In this document: in pieces, positions 1 through 9,874 of the stretch
How the letters are laid out: each line of letters begins with the position of its first letter
Position numbering within the stretch: the first letter of the stretch is position 1
Assembly: GCF_006345805.1 (NCBI RefSeq)
Contig: NW_021824725.1
Span: 1-17,634, forward strand
DNA from: Octopus sinensis
Taxonomy: Eukaryota
DNA: 17,634 nucleotides
Reading direction: 5' to 3'
Notes under the pieces: generated by a model
Told to the model about the DNA's origin: nothing
What the model saw: the letters and a program-made list of their open reading frames with translations, nothing else
Databases searched by the model: none
Program-made: the position numbers and the translations under genes

Positions 1-549
1 CAGCATCATCACCATCATCATCATCATCACCACCATCATCACCATCATCATCACCATCACCATCATCATCATCACCATCACCATCACCATCATGCTGATG
101 CTCTCCCTGCTGTCGCGTTTCTCTCGCAGACTTTCTATTAGCGTCAACCAACAACAACAACAACAAACAACAACAACAACAAGCACAAATTATTTATCTT
201 TCCATTTATTTATTTATTTAATCATGTCTTTGCTGCTGCTGCCTGCTGCTGCTGGTGATGATGGTGTGTCAACATCGGTGTTGTCAACGATGCTGATGTC
301 GATGCGGCATAATCGCCGTCGTTGTCATCAGCATTTCTGTTCTTGTTGACGATGATGATGCTGCTTGTGTCATCGTGGCGTTGTTGTTGTTGTTGTTATT
401 ATTGGCGCCAACACCAATATTGCTGTTGTTGATGATGATAGTGATGCTGTGTCACCCCTATTACTACTACTACAACTACTACTACTACTAGTGCTGTTGT
501 GTTACCATTATTATCATCATCGTTATTATTATTATTATTAGTAGTATTA

Positions 550-629
<80 letters not shown>

Positions 630-633
630 GTAG

Positions 634-689
<56 letters not shown>

Positions 690-708
690 CTATTATTATT
701 ATTAATTA
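1..708. repeat. Compound trinucleotide microsatellites: (CAT/CAC)n, (CAA)n, (GAT/GCT/GTT)n, (ACT)n, (ATT)n, (AGT)n
   Basis: Directly visible triplet runs; ORFs here are homopolymer-like translations. Confidence 0.95.
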
Positions 709-903
709 AGGTGGTAGAATCGTTAGGGCACCAGACAAATTGCTTAGCGGCATTTCTCTTGCCGCCACATTCCGAGTTCAAATTCCACCGAGGTCGAATT
801 TTGCCTTTCATCTTTTCAGCGGGGGTTCGATAAATCAAGTACCAGCGAGACACTGGGAGTCGATGTAATCCAAAGCTGCCCTTGCGACAAAGATTTGAAA
901 CCA
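709..903 (+). mobile_element. tRNA-derived SINE (family B here), diverged copy followed by an (ATT)n tail
   Basis: B-box-like GAGTTCAAATTCC; core GGTCGAATTTTGCCTTTCATC...GGGTTCGATAAATCAAGTACCAG shared with copies at 10586, 10724-10859 and 17046-17178. Confidence 0.85.
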
Positions 904-1083
904 TTATTATCATTATTCCTACTACTACTATTACTACTACTAATAATAATAATAATACTAATACTGTTATTACTGTTGTTGTTGTCGATGATGATGATGC
1001 TGATAGTATTCCTGTGTCTCTGTTATTGTTTGTTGCTGTGATATCCACCTATCTATGCCCCTGTGGCTAATAAAAGAAATTTA

Positions 1084-1114
<31 letters not shown>

Positions 1115-1177
1115 TATTATATTATCATCATCATCGTCATCATCTTATTATTATTATCATTATTGTTATCATTATTA

Positions 1178-1212
<35 letters not shown>

Positions 1213-1759
1213 ATCATTATTGTTATTATTATTATTATTATTATTATTGTTATTATTATTGTTATTATTATTATTATTATTATCATCATCATCATTGCTG
1301 CTGTTGATGATAATGATGCTGATGGTGTTCCCCTGTCGCAGTTGTTGTTGTTGCTGCTGCTGTTCGTGTCACCATTGTCGCAGTTTTTCACCGATGCTCG
1401 TCGTTGTTGTTGTTGTTGACGACGACAACGACGACAACAATGATGATGATGACGACACCATCAATACAACACTTGCTGTTGTTGTTGTTGTCATTATTGT
1501 TGTTGTCGTCGATATCGTTGTTGTTATTGTTGTCATTACTGCTGCTGCTGCAGTTACCTATATCACTGCTGCTGTTGATGATGATGATAACAACACTGCT
1601 GTTGATAACGCTGCTGTGCCACCCTTCAGGTGGATCATATTACTATCATCAGCATCATCATCATCATTATTATTGTTATTATTATTATTATTATTACTAT
1701 TATCATTATTACTATTACTATTATTATCATTATCATCATTATTGTTATTATTATTATTA
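904..1759. repeat. Compound (ATT)n/(ATC)n/(GTT)n/(GCT)n low-complexity tract
   Basis: Visible triplet runs; includes a short retroposon-like 3' end CCCCTGTGGCTAATAAAAGAAAT(TAT)n near 1059-1085. Confidence 0.9.
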
Positions 1760-1845
1760 TTTCATTATATGTAAATCCCTATACTTTGTGTCTGTCATTG
1801 TATAGCACCCTCTCCTTCGCCCTGGTGGCAAATAAACGAAGTCAT
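1760..1845 (+). mobile_element. 3' terminus of a retroposon, same family as the minus-strand copy at 15816-16185
   Basis: TTTCATTATATGTAAA and CCTTCGCCCTGGTGG are exact reverse complements of 15893-15908 and 15838-15852; AATAAA precedes the (CAT)n tail. Confidence 0.8.
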
Positions 1846-2470
1846 CATCATCATCATCATCATCATCACCACCACCATCATCATCATCACCACCACTACC
1901 ATCCTCATCATCATCACCACCACCACCACCATCCTCATCATCATCACCACCACCACCACCATCCTCATCATCACCACCACCAACACCATCCTCATCATCA
2001 TCACCACCACCATCATCATCGTCATCACCACCACCACCACCACCACCATCGTCATCGTCATCACCACCACCACCACCACCACCACCATCGTCATCGTCAT
2101 CACCACCACCACCACCACCACCATCGTCATCGTCATCACCACCACCACCACCACCACCACCACCAATACCACCACCACCATCATCATCGTCACCATCACC
2201 ACCACCACCAATACCACCACCACCACCACCAATACCACCACCACCATCATCATCATCACCACCACCACCACCACCAATACCACCACCACCATCATCATCG
2301 TCATTATTCCTATCACTGCTGTCACCAGTATTGTTGTTGTTATTGTTATCGCCATCGTCATCGGTGCTGCTCCTGCCGTTATTAGCGTTATACACATACC
2401 ACTACTACCACCACCACTACCACCACTACCACCACTACTACTACTACTACCACTACTACTGCTACACCTA
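1843..2470. repeat. Long (CAT/CAC)n array with higher-order units, followed by (ACT/ACC)n
   Basis: Visible; repeated sub-units such as CACCATCCTCATCATCATCAC, CATCGTCATCGTCATCAC and CAATACCACCAC. Confidence 0.95.
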
Positions 2471-2712
2471 CCTTTCAAGCCACAAGTGCAGTTCTTACTT
2501 TCATTCCTATCTTCCAATATCAGAATCTCCAACTGATTCTGCGATGACAAACACTTGTTCCTAATTTTTTTTTATAATTTTTTCTTTCGGCATTGCTTTT
2601 TTGGTTTTTTTTTTCGGTTTGTTTGCTTTGGCGGCGTTAAAACTGCCAATCGTCTGAGGCTGCCATAGCGTTGCTGCGCTGTGGTGTTCATGCTGCACCT
2701 CCTTTCGATTAC

Positions 2713-2740
2713 CTGAACCATTAACACGTTCATTAGCCAT
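2713..2740 (-). CDS. Candidate short exon MANERVNGS(G) of a divergently oriented gene
   Basis: ACA-ATG-G context and donor CAG|GTAATC; unspliced, the frame runs 59 codons to a TAG at 2561-2563. Short and unidentified. Confidence 0.25.
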
Positions 2741-3127
2741 TGTAATTACTGTTTTAATAATTATTTATTAATTGATTCCATACCGTCTTTTTTTGTCTTT
2801 TACTAATCCTGAAATTTTTTTTTTTTTGACATTTTGATTTACATTTATTTACCATATTCCAATTAATTCCTCCATTTATTCTTGTTATTGTTGTTCCCGC
2901 ATAATTTCATTTATTTTTATTTTTTTGTCCTTTTCCATTTCCTACATACAAAAAAAAAAATCTTTTTTTTTTGGTTTTTATTTGCCGGCATTTATTCTAC
3001 ATCCTGTCTATTGAAAACAATTTTTACGCGTGTTTTTTTTCTCTTTATTTTTTCCATTTTTTTTCCCTTCATTGCCACACAAACAGACGCAAAATCTTAG
3101 AATTCCGCACATTGCGAGGCTGGAACA

Positions 3128-3229
3128 ATGTCGAAAAAGTCGATAAAAGGAGCCTACCCTCTTGAAAATTATGGCGCAATCTCGGAAGATTTTGACGATA
3201 AAGTCAGGATTTTGGATTCACCTGAAGAG
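3128..3229 (+). CDS. Candidate first coding exon of an unidentified gene: MSKKSIKGAYPLENYGAISEDFDDKVRILDSPEE
   Basis: ACA-ATG start context; 34 open codons ending at a consensus donor GAG|GTAAGT (phase 0); long upstream polypyrimidine tract with candidate acceptors CAG (3086) and TTAG (3100). No homology recognised. Confidence 0.5.
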
Positions 3230-3519
3230 GTAAGTCTTACCTTTCTGCTTTCTTGTTTTTTTTTTGAATTTTTTTGATTTTTGTTTCTTTACCAAAAAAA
3301 TATTGTTGTAGGTTCAAATCTTACACTTTCCAAAACTCTCCCCCTTCACCCCTTGCCGGTTCTTTTGTAACCAATGGCCGATCCAATGCGGTGAAACAAA
3401 TAAAAGTATAGAACAAGGAAAAAAAAAAGGGAAAAAAAGAAAAAAGACAAAATTCATCCACCCACGCCCACCCATATAGACACACGTATATAGTAACAGA
3501 AGCAGAAATTTAGTGTTAC

Positions 3520-4179
3520 TGAAACATACACACACACACAACATACATAAATACATACATGCATATATACATATACATACATATATACATAAATACAGAC
3601 ATACATACACATACATACATACATACATACATATATACATACATACATATATACTCTGTGTGTGGTGTGTGTGTGTGTGTATATGCATGTGTGGGTGTGT
3701 GTTTGTGTATATATATGCACACACACACACACACGTGTGCGCATACACATACACATACAGTTACAGAAACATAAACACATTGACATGCAATCAGAACACA
3801 TACACACACATACATACAGCATACAAGCATACCTACACATACACACACACATACATACAAGCATACTAACCATACACCCAACATACCCATGCAACACAAG
3901 CAACACACATATATACAAAATACAACACACATATACATACATATAAGTATACATACCTATACACACACGCACATACATACATACCTATACACACACATAA
4001 ATACATACATACACACATACATACACACATACATTCATACATACATACATACATACAAGCATACATACCTACACACATACATATACGGTCAGGAAAATGT
4101 ACATACACATATATATATATATACATATGGTCATAGATACATATATATTTACAGAAACACATGCATATATACACGAAGA

Positions 4180-4234
<55 letters not shown>

Positions 4235-4330
4235 GTCAGAACCCCCCTTCCTCTTACATAAATATATTTACAGAGAAACGCATAGAAAATGCATGTGTAT
4301 ACACACACACACACACAGGGGGGGGGGGGG
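3520..4330. repeat. Compound (CA)n/(CATA)n/(TA)n microsatellite
   Basis: Visible; source of the H/T/Y and V/C/M-rich pseudo-ORFs. Confidence 0.95.
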
Positions 4331-4469
4331 CAATAAAGTAATCTTCTGTGCAAACAATCTGTTAAAAATAGCAGACAATTTTCCCTTAAATGTACACGTT
4401 GGATTTCATTGGATCATAAGTGAACTGATCAGGACTCACCAAGGGGTTTGTTAAACAAACAATAACGTA

Positions 4470-4470
4470 G

Positions 4471-4502
<32 letters not shown>

Positions 4503-4530
4503 TATATATATATATATAATATAGATATAA
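4470..4530. repeat. (TA)n microsatellite
   Basis: Visible. Confidence 0.95.
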
Positions 4531-4807
4531 TAGGGAGGTTTTTTGTTTTTTGTGGTGTGGTGGGTTTCAGCGGTGGTTTGCTTTTTTACCTGTGGGGGAG
4601 AGGACGCAGGTGATGTGTCTCGGCTTTCGTTTGGTACAGATTGTAGGTAAAGGTAAAAAAAAGGAAAAAAATGTTATTCGTTGCTGATTTTTGGTGAACG
4701 CTGCATGAAAGATGACAGGTGAAAACGTTTATGGCTATTTATGAGGTGAAAAGCTGCTACATAGGAATATATAACGGATTCTCACCTGCACTGACTTTCA
4801 ACCAATT

Positions 4808-5490
4808 ATATGTGCATGTATGTGTGTGTATGTGTGTATAAAGATGTGTATGAATGAGTGTATTGGTGTGTGTATGTGTGTGCGTGCACGTGTGCGTATA
4901 TAAATACATGTACATGTATGTGAGCATAAATACATATCTATGTGTGTATGTGTGTGGATGTATGTATACATAATATATATATATATAAATATACACACAC
5001 ACATGTGTGTGTTTATTGGTGTGTAAGCATGTACGTTTGTGTGTGTATATAAATACATATACACATATCTGAGCGTATATGTATACATGTGTGTGTGCGC
5101 CTAAATACATATCTATGTGTATGTGTGGATGTATGTATACATAATATATATATATAAAAATATACACACACATGTGTGTGTGTGTGAATGTGTATGTTTA
5201 TTGGTGTGTAAGCATGTATGTTTGTGTGTGTATATAAATACATATACACATGTCTGCATGAGTATGTATGTATGTATGTATGCATGTATGTATGAATGTA
5301 TGTGTGTATGTATGTATGTATGTATGTGTGTATGTATGTGTGTATGTATGTATGCATGTATGCATGTATGTATGTATGTATGAATGTATGAGTGTATGTG
5401 TGTATGTATGTGTGTATGTATGTATGTATGTATGTATGTATGTATGTATGTATGTATGTATGTATGTATGTATGTATGTATATATATAAA
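4808..5490. repeat. Compound (TG)n/(TA)n/(ATGT)n tract containing a ~175-bp tandem duplication
   Basis: TAAATACATATCTATGTGT at 4927 and 5102; TTTATTGGTGTGTAAGCATGTA repeated. Confidence 0.9.
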
Positions 5491-5828
5491 ATATAAATTA
5501 GAGAAAAAAACCCACTATTATGCAATTCAAACAATGATAGACATAAACCAAATCATAAATAAAAAATAAAATATGTTTATATAAAACATATAGCTAGATC
5601 ATAGTTATATAATAGCATGTATATTACACTCCCTAATATTATTATTATTATTATCATTATTATTATATGTATATATATATATATATGTACTTTACACACA
5701 CATCTATGTATATGTATATGTATGTGTGTGTGTGTTTATTATATAGTCATGTCAACAACAGACGTTAAATGATGATAATAATTATGATGTATGTTTGTGT
5801 ATGTGTGTGTATATGTATATATTTTTAT

Positions 5829-5860
<32 letters not shown>

Positions 5861-5965
5861 ACACAAACACTACCATATGTACATCTATCATGCAGAATAC
5901 TCTCATAAGGTATTTTTCCACAGCCCACTTGTTGACATTCAGAATCAGCATCATAGAAATACACA

Positions 5966-6346
5966 TAACATGGTGGGGCAGAGAGGACGGATGGTTTTTG
6001 AAAAATTTCACAAAATCATTAATTTTAGCTGCAAACAAAATTTTATTGACATCAATGTGCTCGTATTGAATTGGAATTTTTCAAAATCATGTTTGGAAAA
6101 CAACATCCATCATGCGGCGTCTGTTTCCATTGATGCATTTCTGAAGGCGTTCTTGGAAGCTGGCCCCCACTCTCCCCAGCATTGCTCTGTCAATTTTGGT
6201 GACATTGCTCTCTCAGATTTTCAAGAGCCGAATAACGACAGCTCTGTTGATTCACCATGCCACTGAGATGAAAATGAGCTTCGTCACTCATTAACAAAAT
6301 GCGGTTGTCCTTTGCCTGAAAAATTGCTTTCATCTGACATACTATC
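5966..6346 (-). mobile_element. Internally deleted Tc1/mariner-superfamily DNA transposon remnant (3' part plus right TIR)
   Basis: Minus strand reads CQMKAIFQAKDNRILLMSDEAHFHLSGMVNQQSCRYSALEN (first catalytic D motif), then after a junction VTKIDRAMLGRVGASFQERLQKCINGNRRRMMDVVFQT* (stop 6087-6089); TIR-like end TA-ACATGGTGGGGCAG at 5966-5981. Confidence 0.85.
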
Positions 6347-6800
6347 AGATTGGTGAATGCAATTGTCTTCCCAATAGCAACATATGGATGCGAGATCTGG
6401 ACACTAAAGAAAGCTGACCAGAAGAGAATTAATGCATTTGAGCTTTGGTGTTGGAGAAGACTTTTGCGGATTCCATGGACAGAAGGCTCACCAATGGAGA
6501 AGTTCTTAAGTAGATCAGGCCGAAAATGTCGCTAGAAGCTGGGATCACCAAGCATAGATTGGCATATTTCGGTCATATTATGCGGAGAAAATCCCTGGAG
6601 AAGGATATCATGCTCGGAATGGTCAGTGGCAAGAGAGGAAGAGGCTGACCAAGAACCCGCTGGCTTGACACCATCAAGAGGGATACTGGAATGGACATAG
6701 CCAACCTGAAAGAAGTGGCCCAGGATAGAACTGACTGGAGGACACTGATCCAACGAGTGACCGAGAGTCGACTTCGACTGAGCGGATAGATAGATAGATA
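6347..6800 (+). mobile_element. 5'-truncated RTE-clade (BovB-like) LINE 3' end with (TAGA)n tail
   Basis: Translation LVNAIVFPIATYGCEIWTLKKADQKRINAFELWCWRRLLRIPWT...RLAYFGHIMRRKSLEKDIMLGMVSGKRGRG*PRTRWLDTIKRDTG...DWRTLIQRVTESRLRLSG* (one frameshift, one stop); flanked by direct repeat GACATACTATC at 6336-6346 and 6801-6811. Confidence 0.92.
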
Positions 6801-6811
6801 GACATACTATC

Positions 6812-7002
6812 CTGTCTGTTTTGGCATGGAACTGATGCTTTTGATGTGGCACCAGCATTGGCAGGGTCACCAAGTACTCAGAAAGACAAAAGAAAAAAGG
6901 AAAAAACTTTCAAGAGTGGGGAGGCGACATTGGAGGAGGTGATCACGTAATGGATGATGAAAGGTTTTAATGAGACAGAGACAGAAACAGGTGTCTTGCT
7001 AG
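6812..7002. repeat. Probable fragment of another interspersed repeat
   Basis: Resembles octopus interspersed-repeat sequence from recollection only; no second copy in this window. Confidence 0.3.
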
Positions 7003-7181
7003 ACAGCAGTTTGCAATATTTCAGCAAAAAGGTAAGCTATAATCATCACTAAATGTGACTAGGGTGTTATAAGCACCTACATTGCTAGAAATAAGAGTTA
7101 AAATGCTCTAATGCTGTAGTCAAAGCACATAATTACATAGTTATATACCGACGGGGACTGTAATCATCTAAAAACGCTATT

Positions 7182-7248
7182 CGAGAATTCCTTATACTGA
7201 CAGTCAGTTTCAGCAATTTCCGTTGCCTCATCAGTAAGGACTGGCTCG
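7182..7248 (-). ncRNA. Type I hammerhead ribozyme motif
   Basis: Minus strand: CGAG-CCAG-TCCTTA CTGATGA GGCAA-CGGAAA-TTGCT GAAA CTGAC-T-GTCAG TA^TAAGGA-ATT-CTCG. Core CUGAUGA/GAAA/GUA triplet, 6-bp stem I plus internal loop and 4 further bp, 5-bp stem II, palindromic stem III. Confidence 0.88.
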
Positions 7249-7389
7249 GCTGCAGCAGATTCTGGACTTAATTCTCCATCAGTATATATGTTTGCATCAT
7301 AGAAATCTGTGATTGTTCAACATGGAAAGAACAAAGTGATGAATATGGTATTAGTTTAACACCTGTTAAGTTGACCTGTGTGCAGAGTG

Positions 7390-7425
7390 CCTTAATGTTT
7401 CGGACATTAGCCCTTTATCAGGAAG
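7390..7425 (-). ncRNA. Degenerate minimal hammerhead-like motif
   Basis: CTGATAA A GGGC-TAAT-GTCC GAAAC ATT; stem II intact, core has G8>A and G16.2>A, stem I pairs poorly. Confidence 0.4.
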
Positions 7426-7439
7426 AAAAAGAAAAGCAT

Positions 7440-7809
7440 GGAGCAGGCATGACTGTGTGGTAAGAAGTTCGCTTCTCAACCACATGGTTTCGGGTTCAGT
7501 CCCACTGCATTGCACATTGAGTAAATGTCTCCAAATACAACTTCGGGACAGTCAAAGCCTTGCAAGTGGAGCTTGGTAGAAGGAAACTGTAAGAAGCCTG
7601 ACATGTGTGCACGTGCGTGTGTGGGTGTGATTTTGTCTTCCACCATTGTTTGTCAATTAGTGTTAGTATCTTTACATTTTCATAACTTAGCAGTTTGACG
7701 AAAGAGATTGAAATAATAAGCACTAGACTTTTTTAAAAAAAAGTACTGATGTTGCCTCATTCAGCTAAAATTCTCCAAAGTGATGCCTAGCATGGCCACA
7801 GTCAAATGA
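7440..7809 (+). mobile_element. Old diverged copy of tRNA-derived SINE (family S here)
   Basis: Colinear with the 7810 and 9875 copies (TGTGTGGTAAG...GGGTTCAGTCCCACTGC...GGAAACTG...CATGGCCACAGTCAAATGA) with many substitutions. Confidence 0.85.
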
Positions 7810-8289
<480 letters not shown>

Positions 8290-8599
8290 CTTCAACGAAA
8301 CCAAGGAAGCTCTGTCTCAGTGAATTCTTAACCATATTCTCTTGTTTTTGGAAATGTTCTTCAGAATTAGTCTCTTCCAGTAAACAGAAATCTTCAAAAT
8401 GCCAAGACATTTTTCAAACCAATAGTTTTTTTTTTTTGTTTTCCTAAATGGCTAAACGTGACAAAGTCTCTTTTACTTCTTCCCCCACACCTTACAAGAA
8501 ACAATCCTCAGAAAAACAAACAAACAAACAAACACTACAGCTTTCAACAAATTTTATATATGTAGATCTATATACACATCTATCTAGCTCTGTTCCTCC

Positions 8600-8922
8600 G
8601 TCTATCTATTTATCTATCTATCTATATCTGTCTGTCTATCTGTCTATCTGTCTGTCTATCTGTCTGACTGTCTATCTGTCTGTCTGTCTGTCTGTCTATC
8701 TGTCTGTCTGTCTATCTATCTATCTGTCTATCTATCTATCTATCTATCTACCTATCTATCTGTCTGTCTGTCTATTTTTCTATCTATCTGTCTGTTTGTC
8801 TATCTTTCTATCTATCTGTCTGTCTGTCTATGTATGTATGTATGTATGTATGTATGTATGTATGTATGTATGTATGTATGTATGTATGTATGTATGTGTC
8901 TGTCTGTCTATCTATCTCTCTC

Positions 8923-8993
<71 letters not shown>
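8600..8993. repeat. Compound (TCTA/TCTG)n-(TATG)n-(CT)n-(TA)n microsatellite
   Basis: Visible. Confidence 0.95.
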
Positions 8994-8995
<2 letters not shown>

Positions 8996-8997
8996 CT

Positions 8998-9235
8998 CAC
9001 CATCATTGTCATCATCATTTAATGTCTGGAAGGCTGTCTGAACCAGACTCCACTCTGATTTGGCATGGTTTTCTATGGCTGGATGCCCTATCTGTCAGAA
9101 CTGCGATTTTGCTTGGCTTGATGGGTCTTCTCAAACACGACATATGCCAAAGGTCTTGCTCAGTGCCTCCGTGAGGCCCATTGCTCAAAAGGAACTCGAC
9201 CACTTTGCCTCTGTGAGGCCCAAAATATGAGGCCA
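8998..9235 (-). mobile_element. Partial (GAT)n-tailed retroposon (family C here)
   Basis: CATCATCATTTAATGTCTG and TCTGATTTGGCATGGTTTTCTATGGCTGGATGCCCT are reverse-complement matches to the 3' part of 11525-11922; internal duplicated GCCTC(C/T)GTGAGGCCCA. Confidence 0.8.
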
Positions 9236-9259
9236 TATATATATATATATATATATACA

Positions 9260-9478
9260 CACAGAGATGTACTTGCATAGCAAGCGACCTGATCTGAGAT
9301 CGTGTGCTGGAACGAAAACAATTGCAGGGTGAAATGCAGCACAGAGTTTTGTCAGTGAACAGGTCGTAGTCTCAAATCGACGAAAATATTTTGACAAATT
9401 AAATTTAAATGTTGAAATGAATCTAACGGATTTTGTGTGTTTCTTAAATGGCTTATAAACACCTCCCACGCTGCAATT
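9260..9478. repeat. Probable interspersed repeat containing a 12-bp inverted repeat pair
   Basis: AATTGCAGGGTG (9320-9331) versus CACGCTGCAATT (9467-9478), 11 of 12 complementary; flanked by (TA)n. Confidence 0.5.
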
Positions 9479-9514
9479 ATATATATATACATACATATGT
9501 ATATATACATATAT

Positions 9515-9671
9515 ACGACGGGATTCTTTCAGTTTCCATCTGCCAAATCAACTCACAAGGCTTTGATTGACTTGGGGCTATAGTAAAAAAACACTTGCCC
9601 AAGGTGCCACACAATAGGACTGAACTCAGAACTATGTGGTTGGGAAGCAAGCTTTCTTACCACACAGCCAC
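9515..9671 (-). mobile_element. 5' half of family S SINE, inverted
   Basis: Reverse complement of GTGGCTGTGTGGTAAG...CCTTGGGCAAGTG...GGAAACTGAAAGAATCCCGTCGT. Confidence 0.88.
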
Positions 9672-9874
9672 GTATATTGTATGAATAAATACGAACTCTG
9701 TCAGTATTTGTGTCCCTTGCACATCATCAGGTGAGAGGCTTTGTGAGTCCTGATGGATCGACTCTAGCTTTGCTGTTGTTTTATTCTATTTTGAGCATTC
9801 GATTCAAACAGACACAAGCCCTAAAAAGTACCAAATAAATTAATGGAATTCAAAATCAAAAATGTAAATTATAT

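Larger units (their letters stand above)
2580..3400. promoter_or_regulatory. CpG-rich non-repetitive island, possibly a promoter or 5' gene region
   Basis: Many CpGs (GGCGGCG, ACGCGT, GCCGG, TCCGC, GTCGA) relative to the flanks; two CCAAT motifs at 3371 and 3384; contains exon-like segments. Confidence 0.4.

Noticed and set aside
92-1805. Poly-Ile/Leu/Tyr/Asn ORFs
   Set aside because: Translations of (ATT)n-type microsatellites
1630-2550. Long poly-His, Gly/Asp-rich and Val/Met-rich ORFs (possible beak or biomineral protein)
   Set aside because: CAC/CAT repeats are stop-free in several frames on both strands; there is no signal peptide, splice context or GHG-type repeat of His-rich beak proteins, and the array directly follows a retroposon 3' end
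2661-2686. Hairpin CCATAGCG-TTGCTG-CGCTGTGG, considered as an IRE or pre-miRNA
   Set aside because: The loop is not CAGUGN on either strand, and the stem is too short for a miRNA precursor
3128-3229. Assignment of the exon to the NRAMP/SLC11 family (YGAIS...DKVRILD resembling YGSIS...EKIPIPD)
   Set aside because: Similarity is too short and no downstream LWAFTGPGF exon is found in the window
4571-4609. In-frame 39-nt plus-strand exon candidate RWFAFLPVGERTQ
   Set aside because: Weak donor (GTGATG), G-rich rather than pyrimidine-rich acceptor, no recognisable homology
3314-5570. Many H/T/Y and V/C/M ORFs; likewise 7802-9041 and 12467-12931
   Set aside because: Translations of di-, tri- and tetranucleotide repeats
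5769-6266. 165-aa plus-strand ORF
   Set aside because: It starts in a microsatellite and is antisense to the mariner transposase remnant
7003-7031. 29-nt exon candidate ending AAG|GTAAGC
   Set aside because: The acceptor falls at the edge of a probable repeat; the segment is too short to evaluate
9690-9740. Minus-strand CTGATGA followed by a weak hairpin
   Set aside because: No GAAA after stem II and no consistent stem I; at best a heavily decayed relic
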